Source of the DNA: a virus
Taxonomy: Duplodnaviria > Caudoviricetes
Strand: one strand, 5' to 3'
Virus record (IMG/VR): IMGVR_UViG_3300029288_005873
Span: 96,001-160,000 of that record
Length of the DNA: 64,000 nt
How positions within the stretch are numbered: position 1 is the stretch's first letter; every line of letters starts with the position of its first letter. The translations under genes and the position numbers were made by a program. The notes under the pieces are model-generated. The model did no database searches. It worked only from the letters and a program-made list of their open reading frames with translations, and had not been told where the DNA came from. This document shows, piece by piece, positions 1 to 8,889 of this stretch.

Positions 1-387
1 TTCTTCCTTCCATGTTCCACGGGATATGTTCACAAGAACACCTTGGGCTATCCTATCTCCACATTTAATACTATAAGGCATATTTCCCATATTTACTAGG
101 AGGACCTTGACTTCACCCCTATAATCTGAGTCTACAATGCCAGGAGAGTTTAGAACAGTTACACCACTGTTTTTAGCAAGCCCAGAACGCGGACAAATAA
201 AAAGTGTGAACCCCTCATGGAACTCAACAGCTATGCCTGTACCAACAAGTTTGCGTTCTCCCGGCATTAGAGTAGCATCTTCAGAACTATACAGATCAAC
301 ACCAGCCGATCCATCAGTGGCATATGTTGGGGTATTACTGAAAGGAGAAAGTTTTGTAAATCTAGTTATAGCTGTTCTCTTACCCAT
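1..387 (-). CDS. dut: dUTPase (3' end runs off the window edge; not in ORF track)
   Basis: Manual translation from ATG at 387: MGKRTAITRF...GSAGVDLY...CPRSGLA...NSPGIVDSDYRGEVKV...GDRIAQGV; trimeric dUTPase motifs 1-4. Confidence 0.95.
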   Translation of the reverse strand, partial: MGKRTAITRFTKLSPFSNTPTYATDGSAGVDLYSSEDATLMPGERKLVGTGIAVEFHEGFTLFICPRSGLAKNSGVTVLNSPGIVDSDYRGEVKVLLVNMGNMPYSIKCGDRIAQGVLVNISRGTWKEE

Positions 388-902
388 TGGTCTTTCCTAG
401 TTGGAGCCTTTGCAATAAACCTATCTTTTGAGATCCTAATGATGTTCCATCCAAGCATATTAACTAAGGTTTTTGTGTTATATGGGAAACCATTTTTTGC
501 GCGAAACATTTCAACAATTATGTATGCTCCTTCAGCAGCAGTGCGTTTAATCTCAGACACAAGATGTATGCGCTGATCCTCAGGGAGAAAACACATTAGA
601 TAATCACATAGGAACAGGTTTATTGTTCCATCGTAGCATGGAAGATGTTCGTTGCCGAGATCCATACAAAAACTGCCATTGTCACCAGCAGCATCGATAG
701 GCATCACAGTCCAACCAAGTGATTCGGCAAATTCTGTATTGCGCAAGTTGCCAGCTCCTAGGTCAAGTGCAAGTGGTTTTGCCGACGGTAAAGGTATACT
801 GGGCAAATATTTGCGCAGATACGGTGTTGGTGTTTTGCTGCCACATCGAATAGGTTTCATGCTTGTCCCGAGTGCTCTAAAGCTAATCTTCTTCTGCGAC
901 AT
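366..902 (-). CDS. Small class I SAM-dependent methyltransferase
   Basis: ALDLGAGNLRN motif I; TehB-like size. Confidence 0.75.
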   Translation of the reverse strand: MSQKKISFRALGTSMKPIRCGSKTPTPYLRKYLPSIPLPSAKPLALDLGAGNLRNTEFAESLGWTVMPIDAAGDNGSFCMDLGNEHLPCYDGTINLFLCDYLMCFLPEDQRIHLVSEIKRTAAEGAYIIVEMFRAKNGFPYNTKTLVNMLGWNIIRISKDRFIAKAPTRKDQWVREQL

Positions 903-1252
903 GTATTCTTTTTTGGCGGCTTGTGCGACAGTTGCTTTCCGGCAGCAATATTTCTCTTCTCTTCCTTGAGTCTCATTTTCCGCCTTTTGTTTCGCCTAGA
1001 ATTGCGAAACTTCTTTCCTTCTTCAGTATCAGCTGGAGGAGCCTTGGACACGTCCATATCAGCTTGACGCTTGTTCCTCAAACCCTCCAGAAGATCGGTT
1101 GTGAACTTCCTACCTCTTGGTTTTGTGGAACCTCGCGGAGCTACAATTAGTGTGCCTTTGCTCTCTGGCTCCAATTCTCTATTAAACTTGGGTCCACGGT
1201 CGGCATTTGGATGTTTTTCAAACCATTCCTTCCTTCTTCTGGCTTCTCCCAT
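857..1252 (-). CDS. Basic hypothetical protein
   Basis: 131-aa Lys/Arg-rich ORF with RBS (GGAG) upstream. Confidence 0.55.
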   Translation of the reverse strand: MGEARRRKEWFEKHPNADRGPKFNRELEPESKGTLIVAPRGSTKPRGRKFTTDLLEGLRNKRQADMDVSKAPPADTEEGKKFRNSRRNKRRKMRLKEEKRNIAAGKQLSHKPPKKNTCRRRRLALEHSGQA

Positions 1253-1260
1253 ATATTCTC

Positions 1261-2721
1261 CTAATCAATCTTGATGTCGTTTGTGCGCAGCGTCATAACA
1301 TGCTGCCCGCCGGTTCCAAAATGAATTCCAGCCTCATTGAGAACTTTAGTTGTGATACGAATACGATGCCACTTATCGACAGTAAACGATCTCACGACAG
1401 TTTCACCAGGAACTGTGTCCGTCTTCAGAACCAGACAATTTCCACACTTTACGGCATCAACATTGTCACCAATATTCCATCCAAGACTAGACATCCAAGA
1501 ATGAGGAACTTCAAGTCTTCCATCACCCTTCTGTGTTCTAGTCATAGATGACACATCAACGGCGTGCGGAGTAGTTTGTACATTATTCTGGACAACGATA
1601 GGAGCAGCTTGCTGTTGCGGCTGACTATTATCATTAACAGGAGCCTGACGCTGTGGTCGTAGAGCAACCTGTGAACGATTTTGATAGTCACCAGATGGAA
1701 CCGTCACATGGTGATACAAGTATGTCTGAGCATTTACACCATTCGACACCGTCACGTCTATTAGATCTCTGACGTATCCATAGACTTTCATTTCACCATT
1801 TGCAAAGCATAGGCGAACATTCTCTGCAATCTCGCGATGTCTAGCAACCACGCCGTCCGACTTCATTTTATTACTCACATCAAGACTTGTAAACGACTCA
1901 AGTCCTCTACAGAAATCCTTCACAACCGAACAAGTCTTGCTACCAATGTCCATGTTTTCCTCTTTTCTGTCATTCTTGGCTGCGTCAACAATTGGCGCAC
2001 ATTCTGTTTTAGAACAACAATCGTCCTCAAAAACTATAGGCTTCATCTTGTCAACCAACGCATAAACAAAATCACGGGACTCTTTTAGTCCATTTCCTGT
2101 GACATCTTTGTACAACTTTATGGCTGCAATTTTCTTACCTTCAGATATTAGTTTCTTTAACTCAGACACTGTAACCTTTCTCGGTGGAATAAGAATATCA
2201 TCAACAGATGAATCTGGTCTAATGACCTCATCACATTTTGACTTTCCGAAACCATATCCATCAAAAAATGTAGAAGTATTTTCTCTATAGAGAGGCGCAC
2301 CGCAAAACGTCTCTACATCCTTTTTTTCACAAATCTTCTTGAGTGAAGGTGCCATATCCCTAACATGCTTGTGTAGATCTCCAGCCCAATTTAGAACGGG
2401 ATACCTTTGGCGCAACCATCGCATACGTTCATCATCTTCACTATAGGGAAAATCTTCAGCAACTTTTTCAATCTCCGCACAGACTTCTTTCAGAAACTCT
2501 ACAGTTGGTGGACTACCACGGGCAATTCTTGAAAATAAGGCAACAATAAGACGACCGCATAAAACTGAATAGTTCTGACTGTCAAATAGATCAGCAAGCT
2601 TTACTAAACCCTCAGCTACGCGCCTGGTGAAAATTGACCCATCTTTGTCAAAACCAGCATCAGATAATAGTCTCTTTACCGCATCATACACTGGACGAGG
2701 TTTGTTAAACACATCTTCCAT
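1261..2721 (-). CDS. Multidomain protein: central ribosomal L7/L12 C-terminal-like motif plus C-terminal tandem AbrB/MraZ-like domains
   Basis: GKKIAAIKLYKDVTGNGLKESRDFV (L7/L12 CTD-like); DGRLEVPHSWMSSLGWNIGD and VDKWHRIRITTKVLNEAGI (swapped-hairpin-like). Confidence 0.6.
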   Translation of the reverse strand: MEDVFNKPRPVYDAVKRLLSDAGFDKDGSIFTRRVAEGLVKLADLFDSQNYSVLCGRLIVALFSRIARGSPPTVEFLKEVCAEIEKVAEDFPYSEDDERMRWLRQRYPVLNWAGDLHKHVRDMAPSLKKICEKKDVETFCGAPLYRENTSTFFDGYGFGKSKCDEVIRPDSSVDDILIPPRKVTVSELKKLISEGKKIAAIKLYKDVTGNGLKESRDFVYALVDKMKPIVFEDDCCSKTECAPIVDAAKNDRKEENMDIGSKTCSVVKDFCRGLESFTSLDVSNKMKSDGVVARHREIAENVRLCFANGEMKVYGYVRDLIDVTVSNGVNAQTYLYHHVTVPSGDYQNRSQVALRPQRQAPVNDNSQPQQQAAPIVVQNNVQTTPHAVDVSSMTRTQKGDGRLEVPHSWMSSLGWNIGDNVDAVKCGNCLVLKTDTVPGETVVRSFTVDKWHRIRITTKVLNEAGIHFGTGGQHVMTLRTNDIKID

Positions 2722-2753
2722 AAAATCTCTCCCTCTTATTTGTTACCTTTGTT

Positions 2754-3476
2754 TCACGCAATAATGTCCTTGAGAGTGCTCCAACATCCTTTTGGATCAC
2801 GAACTATACGCATAGGCGGGGGCTTGGGTTTCTGTCCACGTGTTGGATAGACAAGTGAAAAAATGCTTATGGACCGCGACATAACACAATCTGCCGCAGC
2901 GCGCAAAACACTTGGAACATGCCATTCAGCATCACCTTTATCCATATACACATTCACTGGAAGAGCTGGCAATCCCATATCTTCCCAGCTCTTTGCCGCT
3001 GATTCAAAGTCCTGCGCACATGCGGCATTATCGCTAAAGTCTAAATATACAGCAGGAGCCAAAGCAGACTTCATATCTGTAAATAGCGGAGAGGGAAGAT
3101 TGTCTTTATCAAACCATAGCCATTCTGAGCATTTTTCAGGCTCTTTAGCCACAGGTTCCCCTCCGATATATTTTGCTTCCATGAACAAGGTAATGTAATG
3201 TTTTCTATCACCCTCGAAAACCGTGTTCACATACGGAAGGTAGTATAACTTTCTAATCAAACCAAGTTCAAGCCCAGTCTCCTCGATAACCTCACGACGC
3301 GCAGTCTGCTCAGGAGTTTCACCAAATTCAATATGACCACCTGGTGTATGCCATGTGCCAATACCATGTGACTTTAGACATTTACCCAAAAGCACTTGGT
3401 TTCCTTTCCTGATGACTACTGCTACACCAATACGCACTATTGGCATAGGCGCACCACAGTCAATACAATTTGGCAT
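2754..3476 (-). CDS. Nudix hydrolase with C-terminal extension
   Basis: Nudix box GGHIEFGETPEQTARREVIEETGL; EPEKCSEWLWF motif of the NUDT15/MutT-like group. Confidence 0.9.
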   Translation of the reverse strand: MPNCIDCGAPMPIVRIGVAVVIRKGNQVLLGKCLKSHGIGTWHTPGGHIEFGETPEQTARREVIEETGLELGLIRKLYYLPYVNTVFEGDRKHYITLFMEAKYIGGEPVAKEPEKCSEWLWFDKDNLPSPLFTDMKSALAPAVYLDFSDNAACAQDFESAAKSWEDMGLPALPVNVYMDKGDAEWHVPSVLRAAADCVMSRSISIFSLVYPTRGQKPKPPPMRIVRDPKGCWSTLKDIIA

Positions 3477-3906
3477 CGTAAAAAGATCTCAAATTAAATT
3501 GTAGACAACCATCAGCAAGTACAGCATCAGTAGAACCAAATGGAGCACATGCGTAACCAATAGAGCAGTGACCATCTATATGTCGCGAGGTAAGAAGTCC
3601 CTTGTTATTTACACATAGTGAAACTTTATCTGGATACAGTTTATCAGCTTCAAACTGATCGGTAGCATATATTCCAGGAGCAGTCCATAATGTTACCATA
3701 CCACAAGATGTTGTGTCATAAAAAACGCCATCACGCACATCATCAATAGGACCAATCGGCATACTACCATCTGATACAGTAATGTATCTGGATTTTCCAG
3801 ATACAATCACTTGACCAAACATACCTCGATGGAAGTGAACAGCTGGATCTGGGTCAACAGGATAAGATATTGGAAGAGCCATACTTACCTGGATAATTTT
3901 CAACAT
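3460..3906 (-). CDS. Hypothetical phage protein (beta-rich, possibly virion/decoration-like)
   Basis: 148-aa ORF with PIGPIDD and GIYATDQFE motifs; function is a guess. Confidence 0.4.
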   Translation of the reverse strand: MLKIIQVSMALPISYPVDPDPAVHFHRGMFGQVIVSGKSRYITVSDGSMPIGPIDDVRDGVFYDTTSCGMVTLWTAPGIYATDQFEADKLYPDKVSLCVNNKGLLTSRHIDGHCSIGYACAPFGSTDAVLADGCLQFNLRSFYDAKLY

Positions 3907-4274
3907 TTTGGAACCTCGATTTTCTCAAGCTCTAGAAGCACCGCTTCGGGAATCTGATACATCTCAATTTTCAATACGCGGGATGGGAAGGCAAGCGTCC
4001 CAGGTTTTAGGAGTTCGACTTTCCCGACCATATATCCATTGGCTTGTTTTGTATAGCCAAACCAATTATCGTGGGCATTGACGCCACGCACCTTGATCTT
4101 CGCACAAATACCAAAACTATGGGCATATCTATCACCACGTACCGCTGGAATAACCTCAAGTACACGTCCATACTGGAGTCCAGCACATCGACCAAGAGCG
4201 TGTCCATAGATGATGTAGTCTCCAGGAAAAATTTGCCTGCCTGATTTGTCGAGAAATTTCTCAGTCGGATTCAT
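3900..4274 (-). CDS. Hypothetical protein
   Basis: ATG at 4274 preceded by AGGAG; SH3-like start (DKSGRQIFPGDYIIY). Confidence 0.6.
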   Translation of the reverse strand: MNPTEKFLDKSGRQIFPGDYIIYGHALGRCAGLQYGRVLEVIPAVRGDRYAHSFGICAKIKVRGVNAHDNWFGYTKQANGYMVGKVELLKPGTLAFPSRVLKIEMYQIPEAVLLELEKIEVPKC

Positions 4275-4344
4275 ATTTTCTCCTACTGGTTTTGATTGGG
4301 TATGTGATGGAATGTAATAGGTTTTGTTTGTTATCAAAAAAACT

Positions 4345-5889
4345 CTAAGGCAGTCCAGATTTCACTCGTCCACTACAGACTGGGCACCAATGATTGTTTT
4401 TAATATTACTGTAATTTGCTAACCATTTATGACCAGAAGCACATTGCCACAGCATTCGAGTGCGACTATTTACATAGGTCTCGCTCAAACATTTTCCGCC
4501 TTTTTGGATAGCACAATTCTTAGCATCATCCAAAGAATGCTTTATATGATTGGAGCAAACCGGACACCAATGGTATTGTGTGTTATTGTATGTTGATTCC
4601 CAAGTATGTCCTGTAGAACATTGCCATAGCATTTTTGTGTGATTATTTACGTATTCTGTTGATAAACATAGTCCTTTTTTAGAGGTAGCTAATTCTCTGG
4701 CATCATCCAAAGTTTTTCTTCTGTACTTAGTAGCACAATTTGGACACCAACTGTTCTCGCAGATATTACAGATTTCCCATTCGTGCCCACAGGAAGCACA
4801 TTCGAAAGCAAATTTGTCGTTACGCATACCAAGAAACCGACCACCATGTAACCCAGCTTTCTTTTTGGCTCTTTTTTCAAGTTCCTCCTGGAGTCTCATA
4901 TGTTGTGTTCTCCTTACCACAGAAAACACATCACCAATAACTATGTGCCTAGAACAAATTACTGGTTCTATTCCTATATGCTTTAGATAATCCTCAAAGA
5001 AAACAGCTAGATCACAAACTTTCAAGCGTGTACCAAGAGAAGGTATGCAAATCAGAGATACCCCGTAATTAACACAAGCGATAGCCTTATCTACATCATT
5101 ATCCTTTGTGCGTTGGAAATCGTGATGGAAATAATCCACTTGTCGGAAATGTTGCTCTCCTTGATACTCAAAGGCGAGCATTAACTCCTCACAGAATCCG
5201 TCGAGGTGAAGTTGATTTCTATGTCTATTCTTCAGCCAAGGAGGATTTGATTTGGGGAATTTATGTCCAACCATAAGTTCTAGACAATAGCGACACACTT
5301 CCTCATTTAGACCAGATGCGCAAATCGGACACCATGAATTGTTGCTTACTATATTTCCAACAGATGCCTCCCACTCGTGACCAAAGCAGCATTGCCAACG
5401 CAGTTTTCCCACTTTTCGATCATCTGATAAGCAGAGACCTCCTCGCTCGATGGCGATAGTTTTCAGGTCTTCGATTTTAAGATAACTATTTTCAAGACAT
5501 TGTGGGCACCAAGAGCCGCAATTTACTACATTTTTGTAGGTGGTTTTCCATTCATGACCCTTAGCACAACAGAATTCTAACATATCCCTGTTGTTTCCGT
5601 AGGTTATCGACAGACATTTTCCGCCATGTTCAATAGCAATTTTATGAGCTGTTTCTAATTGTCCGCGCCTAAATTTGTTATCATACTTTTTCGGGCATGG
5701 TGGCCAGTTACAGGTAGGACATTGCTGCCCATTTTGAAGTTCTTTCCAAGTAGTTTCCCAAGTATGACCTTTGTCGCATCCAATTTTCAGCCGGGTTCTA
5801 TTACCAGCATATGTTTTAGATAGCAGGACAAACCCTTTTGCTACCACAAAAGAAGAAACTTGTTCTATGGTGAATGGTTTTTTTGCCAT
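4345..5889 (-). CDS. Zinc-ribbon repeat protein with central PD-(D/E)xK (Vsr-like) nuclease; putative homing endonuclease
   Basis: Six CxxGHxW...CPxC repeats (3+3) around LHLDGFCEELMLAFEYQGEQHF. Confidence 0.8.
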   Translation of the reverse strand: MAKKPFTIEQVSSFVVAKGFVLLSKTYAGNRTRLKIGCDKGHTWETTWKELQNGQQCPTCNWPPCPKKYDNKFRRGQLETAHKIAIEHGGKCLSITYGNNRDMLEFCCAKGHEWKTTYKNVVNCGSWCPQCLENSYLKIEDLKTIAIERGGLCLSDDRKVGKLRWQCCFGHEWEASVGNIVSNNSWCPICASGLNEEVCRYCLELMVGHKFPKSNPPWLKNRHRNQLHLDGFCEELMLAFEYQGEQHFRQVDYFHHDFQRTKDNDVDKAIACVNYGVSLICIPSLGTRLKVCDLAVFFEDYLKHIGIEPVICSRHIVIGDVFSVVRRTQHMRLQEELEKRAKKKAGLHGGRFLGMRNDKFAFECASCGHEWEICNICENSWCPNCATKYRRKTLDDARELATSKKGLCLSTEYVNNHTKMLWQCSTGHTWESTYNNTQYHWCPVCSNHIKHSLDDAKNCAIQKGGKCLSETYVNSRTRMLWQCASGHKWLANYSNIKNNHWCPVCSGRVKSGLP

Positions 5890-5914
5890 AACTATATGCT
5901 AAAGAATTGATAGA
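5887..5914 (-). promoter_or_regulatory. Conserved putative phage promoter motif (copy 1)
   Basis: TCTATCAAT-TCTT-TAGCAT-ATAGTT-ATG directly before the endonuclease start; similar motif before three other endonuclease genes. Confidence 0.6.
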
Positions 5915-5954
5915 TCTATGTATGCTTATTATGTGAAGTCAAAAACCCTTCCTA

Positions 5955-7430
5955 TTACATATTCGACTGAAACTCCACAATATAGCGCAAACGATTTTGC
6001 TGACCAGGACCTGACTGTTTATAGACTATATTTTCCGAATTATACAAACCTTTTCCTGGTAAAGCATATACACTATGTGAACCATTAGGGGGTTCGTGAA
6101 AAAATTTGGAGGTATAAACAATGTGTGGATGTCCAATAATTACATCGTTCAAAAACATATAAACACGATCAGAATTACTATTACCACTCCACACTGATCC
6201 GCGCGCTCCGCAATAACCTATGGATTTCGTTGAGTTTTCTGCGAAATATGATCCCGATCCAAAAGCCGCGCCCGTAAAAACTGCTCCCGAAGGTCTAATT
6301 TTTAGTCCGTTTGATATAATACCAACCATATTTTCTGGTCGTGTTCCATGCCACAGAGGCCATACATTGGCAGCAATAAATAATTGTCTTTCATCTTTGT
6401 TTAGATCAGGACGTTCTAAAGAAGTAAATCTTGGTTTCTCTCCACAGCCATTGACATCTTTTCCTATTTTTTTTAGTGAATCTGAAAAATAGCCAAGCTC
6501 TCCATCGCGCAATAGTCTGAATACATTAAAGATTTTTATCTTACCCAACCCTTGGTGATTCTTGGCTCTGGTTTCATGAACCAATTTCTCAACCCACTGA
6601 CGTACAGGATCAACTGGATCTAACCATTCCATTTGTGCTCTTAACTTAGTATATTGCGCATCTACAGAAGATCCCTTTGCTAGAACTGCCGCAACATTTT
6701 TTGCATCCAGAAAAGTGTCTAGAGTCTGGGACTTCTCCATGATTCTGTCAATTGTATTAAGCCTGAGAGTTACCGGGTCTATTCTGTGCGGTAAAACATG
6801 TGGAATCAAACTGTAAAATTGTGATGTGACCACATCCCATTCAGATTCGCCTGTTGTTCTTTTAGCATTAATCCTGTTACGGCATTCATCCAGAATTGCC
6901 CGTCCTTTATCTATTTGTTCTACACTAAGTTGTCCTAGTGGACATTTAAGGTTCATCTCAACAAAATGACCAGTGTCACCGAACCACTTACCAACAAGAC
7001 GTTGTACCTCAGTATGTAAAGTACTTTTCTGCCCATCATTTTTGGCAGAAATGCCAGTCATAGCTTTGGTAATTGCTTTGGCTCCTTCGGAGCCTACAGA
7101 TGTAATAGCGAGATCTACTTCACGATAAGGTTCTTTCTTTCGATCACGCTTCTTCCTAATCAAATCTTCGTAATCTGAAATACAAGCTGATTCAGAACTG
7201 TAATATCTAAACTCCTTGGCACCAGGCTTTCCAACACGACCGTAGACGGTATGGATGCGAGCCTGTCCGTTCCCAGCAACCTGTATCTCTATGTGGAAGT
7301 ATTTGTTGCTGTTTTTTGCTAAGTTCGTACAATTACCTTCCCAGCGCTTAGTAACTTTATATCCTGATGGAAATGAAGGCTGACCAGCCTCATTATCTCC
7401 CCACGCCCTAGCTTTTGTTGAAGAACCCAT
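5955..7430 (-). CDS. PARP-family ADP-ribosyltransferase (WGR + regulatory helical + catalytic domain)
   Basis: NSNKYFHIEI..YGRVG (WGR); PLGQLSVEQI..SQFYSLIPH (regulatory); WHGT, FGSGSYFA, KSIGYC, YNSENIVY (H-Y-E triad). Confidence 0.92.
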   Translation of the reverse strand: MGSSTKARAWGDNEAGQPSFPSGYKVTKRWEGNCTNLAKNSNKYFHIEIQVAGNGQARIHTVYGRVGKPGAKEFRYYSSESACISDYEDLIRKKRDRKKEPYREVDLAITSVGSEGAKAITKAMTGISAKNDGQKSTLHTEVQRLVGKWFGDTGHFVEMNLKCPLGQLSVEQIDKGRAILDECRNRINAKRTTGESEWDVVTSQFYSLIPHVLPHRIDPVTLRLNTIDRIMEKSQTLDTFLDAKNVAAVLAKGSSVDAQYTKLRAQMEWLDPVDPVRQWVEKLVHETRAKNHQGLGKIKIFNVFRLLRDGELGYFSDSLKKIGKDVNGCGEKPRFTSLERPDLNKDERQLFIAANVWPLWHGTRPENMVGIISNGLKIRPSGAVFTGAAFGSGSYFAENSTKSIGYCGARGSVWSGNSNSDRVYMFLNDVIIGHPHIVYTSKFFHEPPNGSHSVYALPGKGLYNSENIVYKQSGPGQQNRLRYIVEFQSNM

Positions 7431-7444
7431 GATAACCCCTTACG

Positions 7445-7473
7445 AAAAAGGGCGCAACCAAAAGGTGCGCCCC
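7445..7473 (-). terminator. Rho-independent terminator-like hairpin upstream of the PARP gene
   Basis: Minus strand GGGCGCACC-TTTT-GGTTGCGCCC followed by TTTTT. Confidence 0.6.
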
Positions 7474-7478
7474 GAATT

Positions 7479-7521
7479 AAACATCCGCGGAATTTTTTCG
7501 CTGCATCAATGCGCGCGATCC
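7479..7521. repeat. Conserved intergenic element, copy 1
   Basis: AAACATCCGCGGAATTTTTTCGCTGCATCAA (31 bp, 7479-7509) is identical to 32534-32564; both are followed by CGCGCGATCC (after an extra TG here). Confidence 0.9.
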
Positions 7522-7522
7522 A

Positions 7523-7948
7523 TCAAAACCATCCATCGGCGCATAAGCGCCTAATCCAACGCGACGCAAATCGGTTGGCGAATCTCTCATCTATTTTGTT
7601 TTCCTTATCATGGGCACGAGGATCGTCCTGACCATACTTTTTGTATGCATACAGGTGACCCTCCTCATGTAGGAGGTACCAAGCTATCTGCTTAGAGGTT
7701 TCGCATGCCATATTGGCATGCACATGTATTGTGTCAAGGTTAGGGTCACAGAAGGCATAAGGTGGACTTTCCCTATCCTTTTGAGAACATTCATAAAACT
7801 CGAAGAAATATTCCTCAAGTTCGCCTTCGCTCATATGCATAACTATAGAGGCCCTAGGGTATGTGGAAGGTAGACGCTTTGTCAGCTTGTCCCAAACCCT
7901 TAGGATCTTTCGTATTCCGTCAATTCTTTCCCTTGAAGAAAGCGCCAT
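7523..7948 (-). CDS. Zinc metallopeptidase-like protein (ImmA/IrrE-like HExxH)
   Basis: YLLHEEGHLY plus downstream ERFANRFA. Confidence 0.65.
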   Translation of the reverse strand: MALSSRERIDGIRKILRVWDKLTKRLPSTYPRASIVMHMSEGELEEYFFEFYECSQKDRESPPYAFCDPNLDTIHVHANMACETSKQIAWYLLHEEGHLYAYKKYGQDDPRAHDKENKIDERFANRFASRWIRRLCADGWF

Positions 7949-7986
7949 TTGGCACCTCCGGGCATCAGGACTTCCTATAATAATGC

Positions 7987-8029
7987 CCGAAAATGGATAG
8001 GGTCGGCTATTTGCCGACCCTATCCATTT
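7987..8029 (-). terminator. Perfect 17-bp stem hairpin downstream of hsp20
   Basis: AAATGGATAGGGTCGGC (7991-8007), 5-nt loop, GCCGACCCTATCCATTT (8013-8029). Confidence 0.75.
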
Positions 8030-8049
8030 GATCTTATTTGGGAAAAAAA

Positions 8050-8400
8050 CTACTGCGCCTTGACCTCAATCTTCCTAGATGATGGAGCAGCCCGTTTAGG
8101 GATCTCTACTTTCAAAACCCCATTGGACAATGTGGCCGATATACCGCTTGAATCAACAGATGGCGGAAGGATAAAGCTTTCCGAAAAGCTTTTATGGAAA
8201 GCTGCTTTTCCGCTTTTACCCCATTTACGTTCTGCTTTTATTGAGAGTTTATCCGCAGTTACGCCAATATCAATATCAGAAAGCTCGACTCCAGGAAGAT
8301 CAACCTCAATCCTGAAAGCTTTTTCATCCTCAAAAACATCTAAGGGCTTCTCTGACAGAAGCGGGGAAAAGACATCATCAAACAAAGACCATCTAAACAT
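8050..8400 (-). CDS. Small heat-shock protein, Hsp20/alpha-crystallin family
   Basis: LDVFEDEKAFRIEVDLPGV...ISATLSNGVLKVEIPK...IEV; AGGAGG RBS before ATG at 8400. Confidence 0.93.
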   Translation of the reverse strand: MFRWSLFDDVFSPLLSEKPLDVFEDEKAFRIEVDLPGVELSDIDIGVTADKLSIKAERKWGKSGKAAFHKSFSESFILPPSVDSSGISATLSNGVLKVEIPKRAAPSSRKIEVKAQ

Positions 8401-8433
8401 TTTACACCTCCTTGCCTTCATTGGCTAAAAGAC

Positions 8434-8461
8434 AAGATAATCATGCTAGACAGGATGTCAA
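8434..8461 (-). promoter_or_regulatory. Sigma70-like promoter of hsp20
   Basis: TTGACA (8461-8456), 16-nt spacer, TATCTT (8439-8434). Confidence 0.5.
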
Positions 8462-8468
8462 GATCTTT

Positions 8469-8831
8469 TTAAGCTTCAATCTGCGGAAGATGGAGCATCT
8501 CGAGCCGTTCCAGTTCACGAGAAACAATGGAGCGTGCCCAAGTGATATTCAGCTTCTTCCAAAGCTGCTGTAGAACCTGTGCCTTCAACCCATCCAAAGT
8601 ATTGGTTTGAAAGGAGAAACGCTTGAATGGAGGCATCTCTCTATTGTTGTTATTTAGCATCCTTGACTGAGCGATAAGCCTACCCCTTGGTCGCGAGAAC
8701 TCCTTTTCGCTCGGAGCACAATACGACACGGCACAATTCACAATAATTTCAGGATTATTGGATTCGTCAAGCTCGGTAGCGATAGTGATGCCAGCACCCT
8801 TTTTGCTATTGATGATGTGATAAAATCTCAT
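8469..8831 (-). CDS. Hypothetical phage protein
   Basis: 120-aa ORF, RBS GAGGA; AVSYCAP..FSRPRGRLIA motif. Confidence 0.6.
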   Translation of the reverse strand: MRFYHIINSKKGAGITIATELDESNNPEIIVNCAVSYCAPSEKEFSRPRGRLIAQSRMLNNNNREMPPFKRFSFQTNTLDGLKAQVLQQLWKKLNITWARSIVSRELERLEMLHLPQIEA

Positions 8832-8889
8832 TTTCTTTCCTCTCTGTTGTGACGCTTTGCGTCGTTAAAGTTAATTGCCAAAAGGCAAA

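Noticed and set aside
8851-8888. Two short hairpins (GACGC-TTT-GCGTC; TTGCC-AAAA-GGCAA)
   Set aside because: Only 5-bp stems with no convincing U-tract; cannot be called terminators.
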